Origin: Bugula neritina
Lineage: Eukaryota > Animalia > Bryozoa
Direction of reading: 5' to 3'
Assembly: GCA_964035545.1 (NCBI GenBank)
Contig: OZ037771.1
Location: 12,272,933 to 12,336,932 of the forward strand
Length of the DNA: 64,000 nucleotides
Shown: piece after piece, positions 63,894 to 64,000 of the stretch
How the letters are laid out: the number at the start of each line of letters is the position of its first letter
Numbering within the stretch: position 1 is the first letter of the stretch
Made by a program: the position numbers and the translations under genes
The notes under the pieces: model-generated
What the model was told of the DNA's origin: nothing
Databases searched by the model: none
The model's input: only the letters and a program-made list of their open reading frames with translations

Positions 63894-64000
63894 CTAACAA
63901 TAAGGAAACAGATCAGGCTTTATCAAAAGGTGATACAATATTTAAACAAAATATATTTTCCATTTCTTATAGGCAATGACAGCATATTAAAATATGAAAA

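Overview
AT-rich, intron-rich invertebrate (metazoan) genomic DNA; no prokaryotic features. From left to right: (i) the 3' end of a disabled minus-strand gene (443-~2020) whose paralogous exon recurs ~62.7 kb away at the right edge, where an LTR remnant truncates it; (ii) a complete 15-exon TMTC3-like protein O-mannosyltransferase gene on the minus strand (2933-13342, ~850 aa), with MITEs in its introns and one intron made almost entirely of tandem copies of its own splice acceptor; (iii) a ~31.7-kb inverted duplication (arms 17942-21112 and 37665-49628) enclosing a decayed R4/Dong-type LINE, whose right arm later received a 164-bp MITE and an intact 8.6-kb BEL/Pao LTR retrotransposon (LTRs identical by eye, TGTAT TSD); this element has no tRNA-3'-end PBS, but its PBS is complementary to a 9-mer in its own LTR (candidate self-priming); (iv) the main finding, a plus-strand gene (50294-61192) that splices in frame into a ~1297-aa LRR-ROC-COR-caspase fusion. 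Its LRRs come from tandem 138-nt cassette exons that vary almost only at the predicted ligand-binding positions, suggesting a diversifying one-component receptor-GTPase-protease for immunity or cell death. All exon models were read by eye from GT-AG sites and reading phase and need RNA confirmation.
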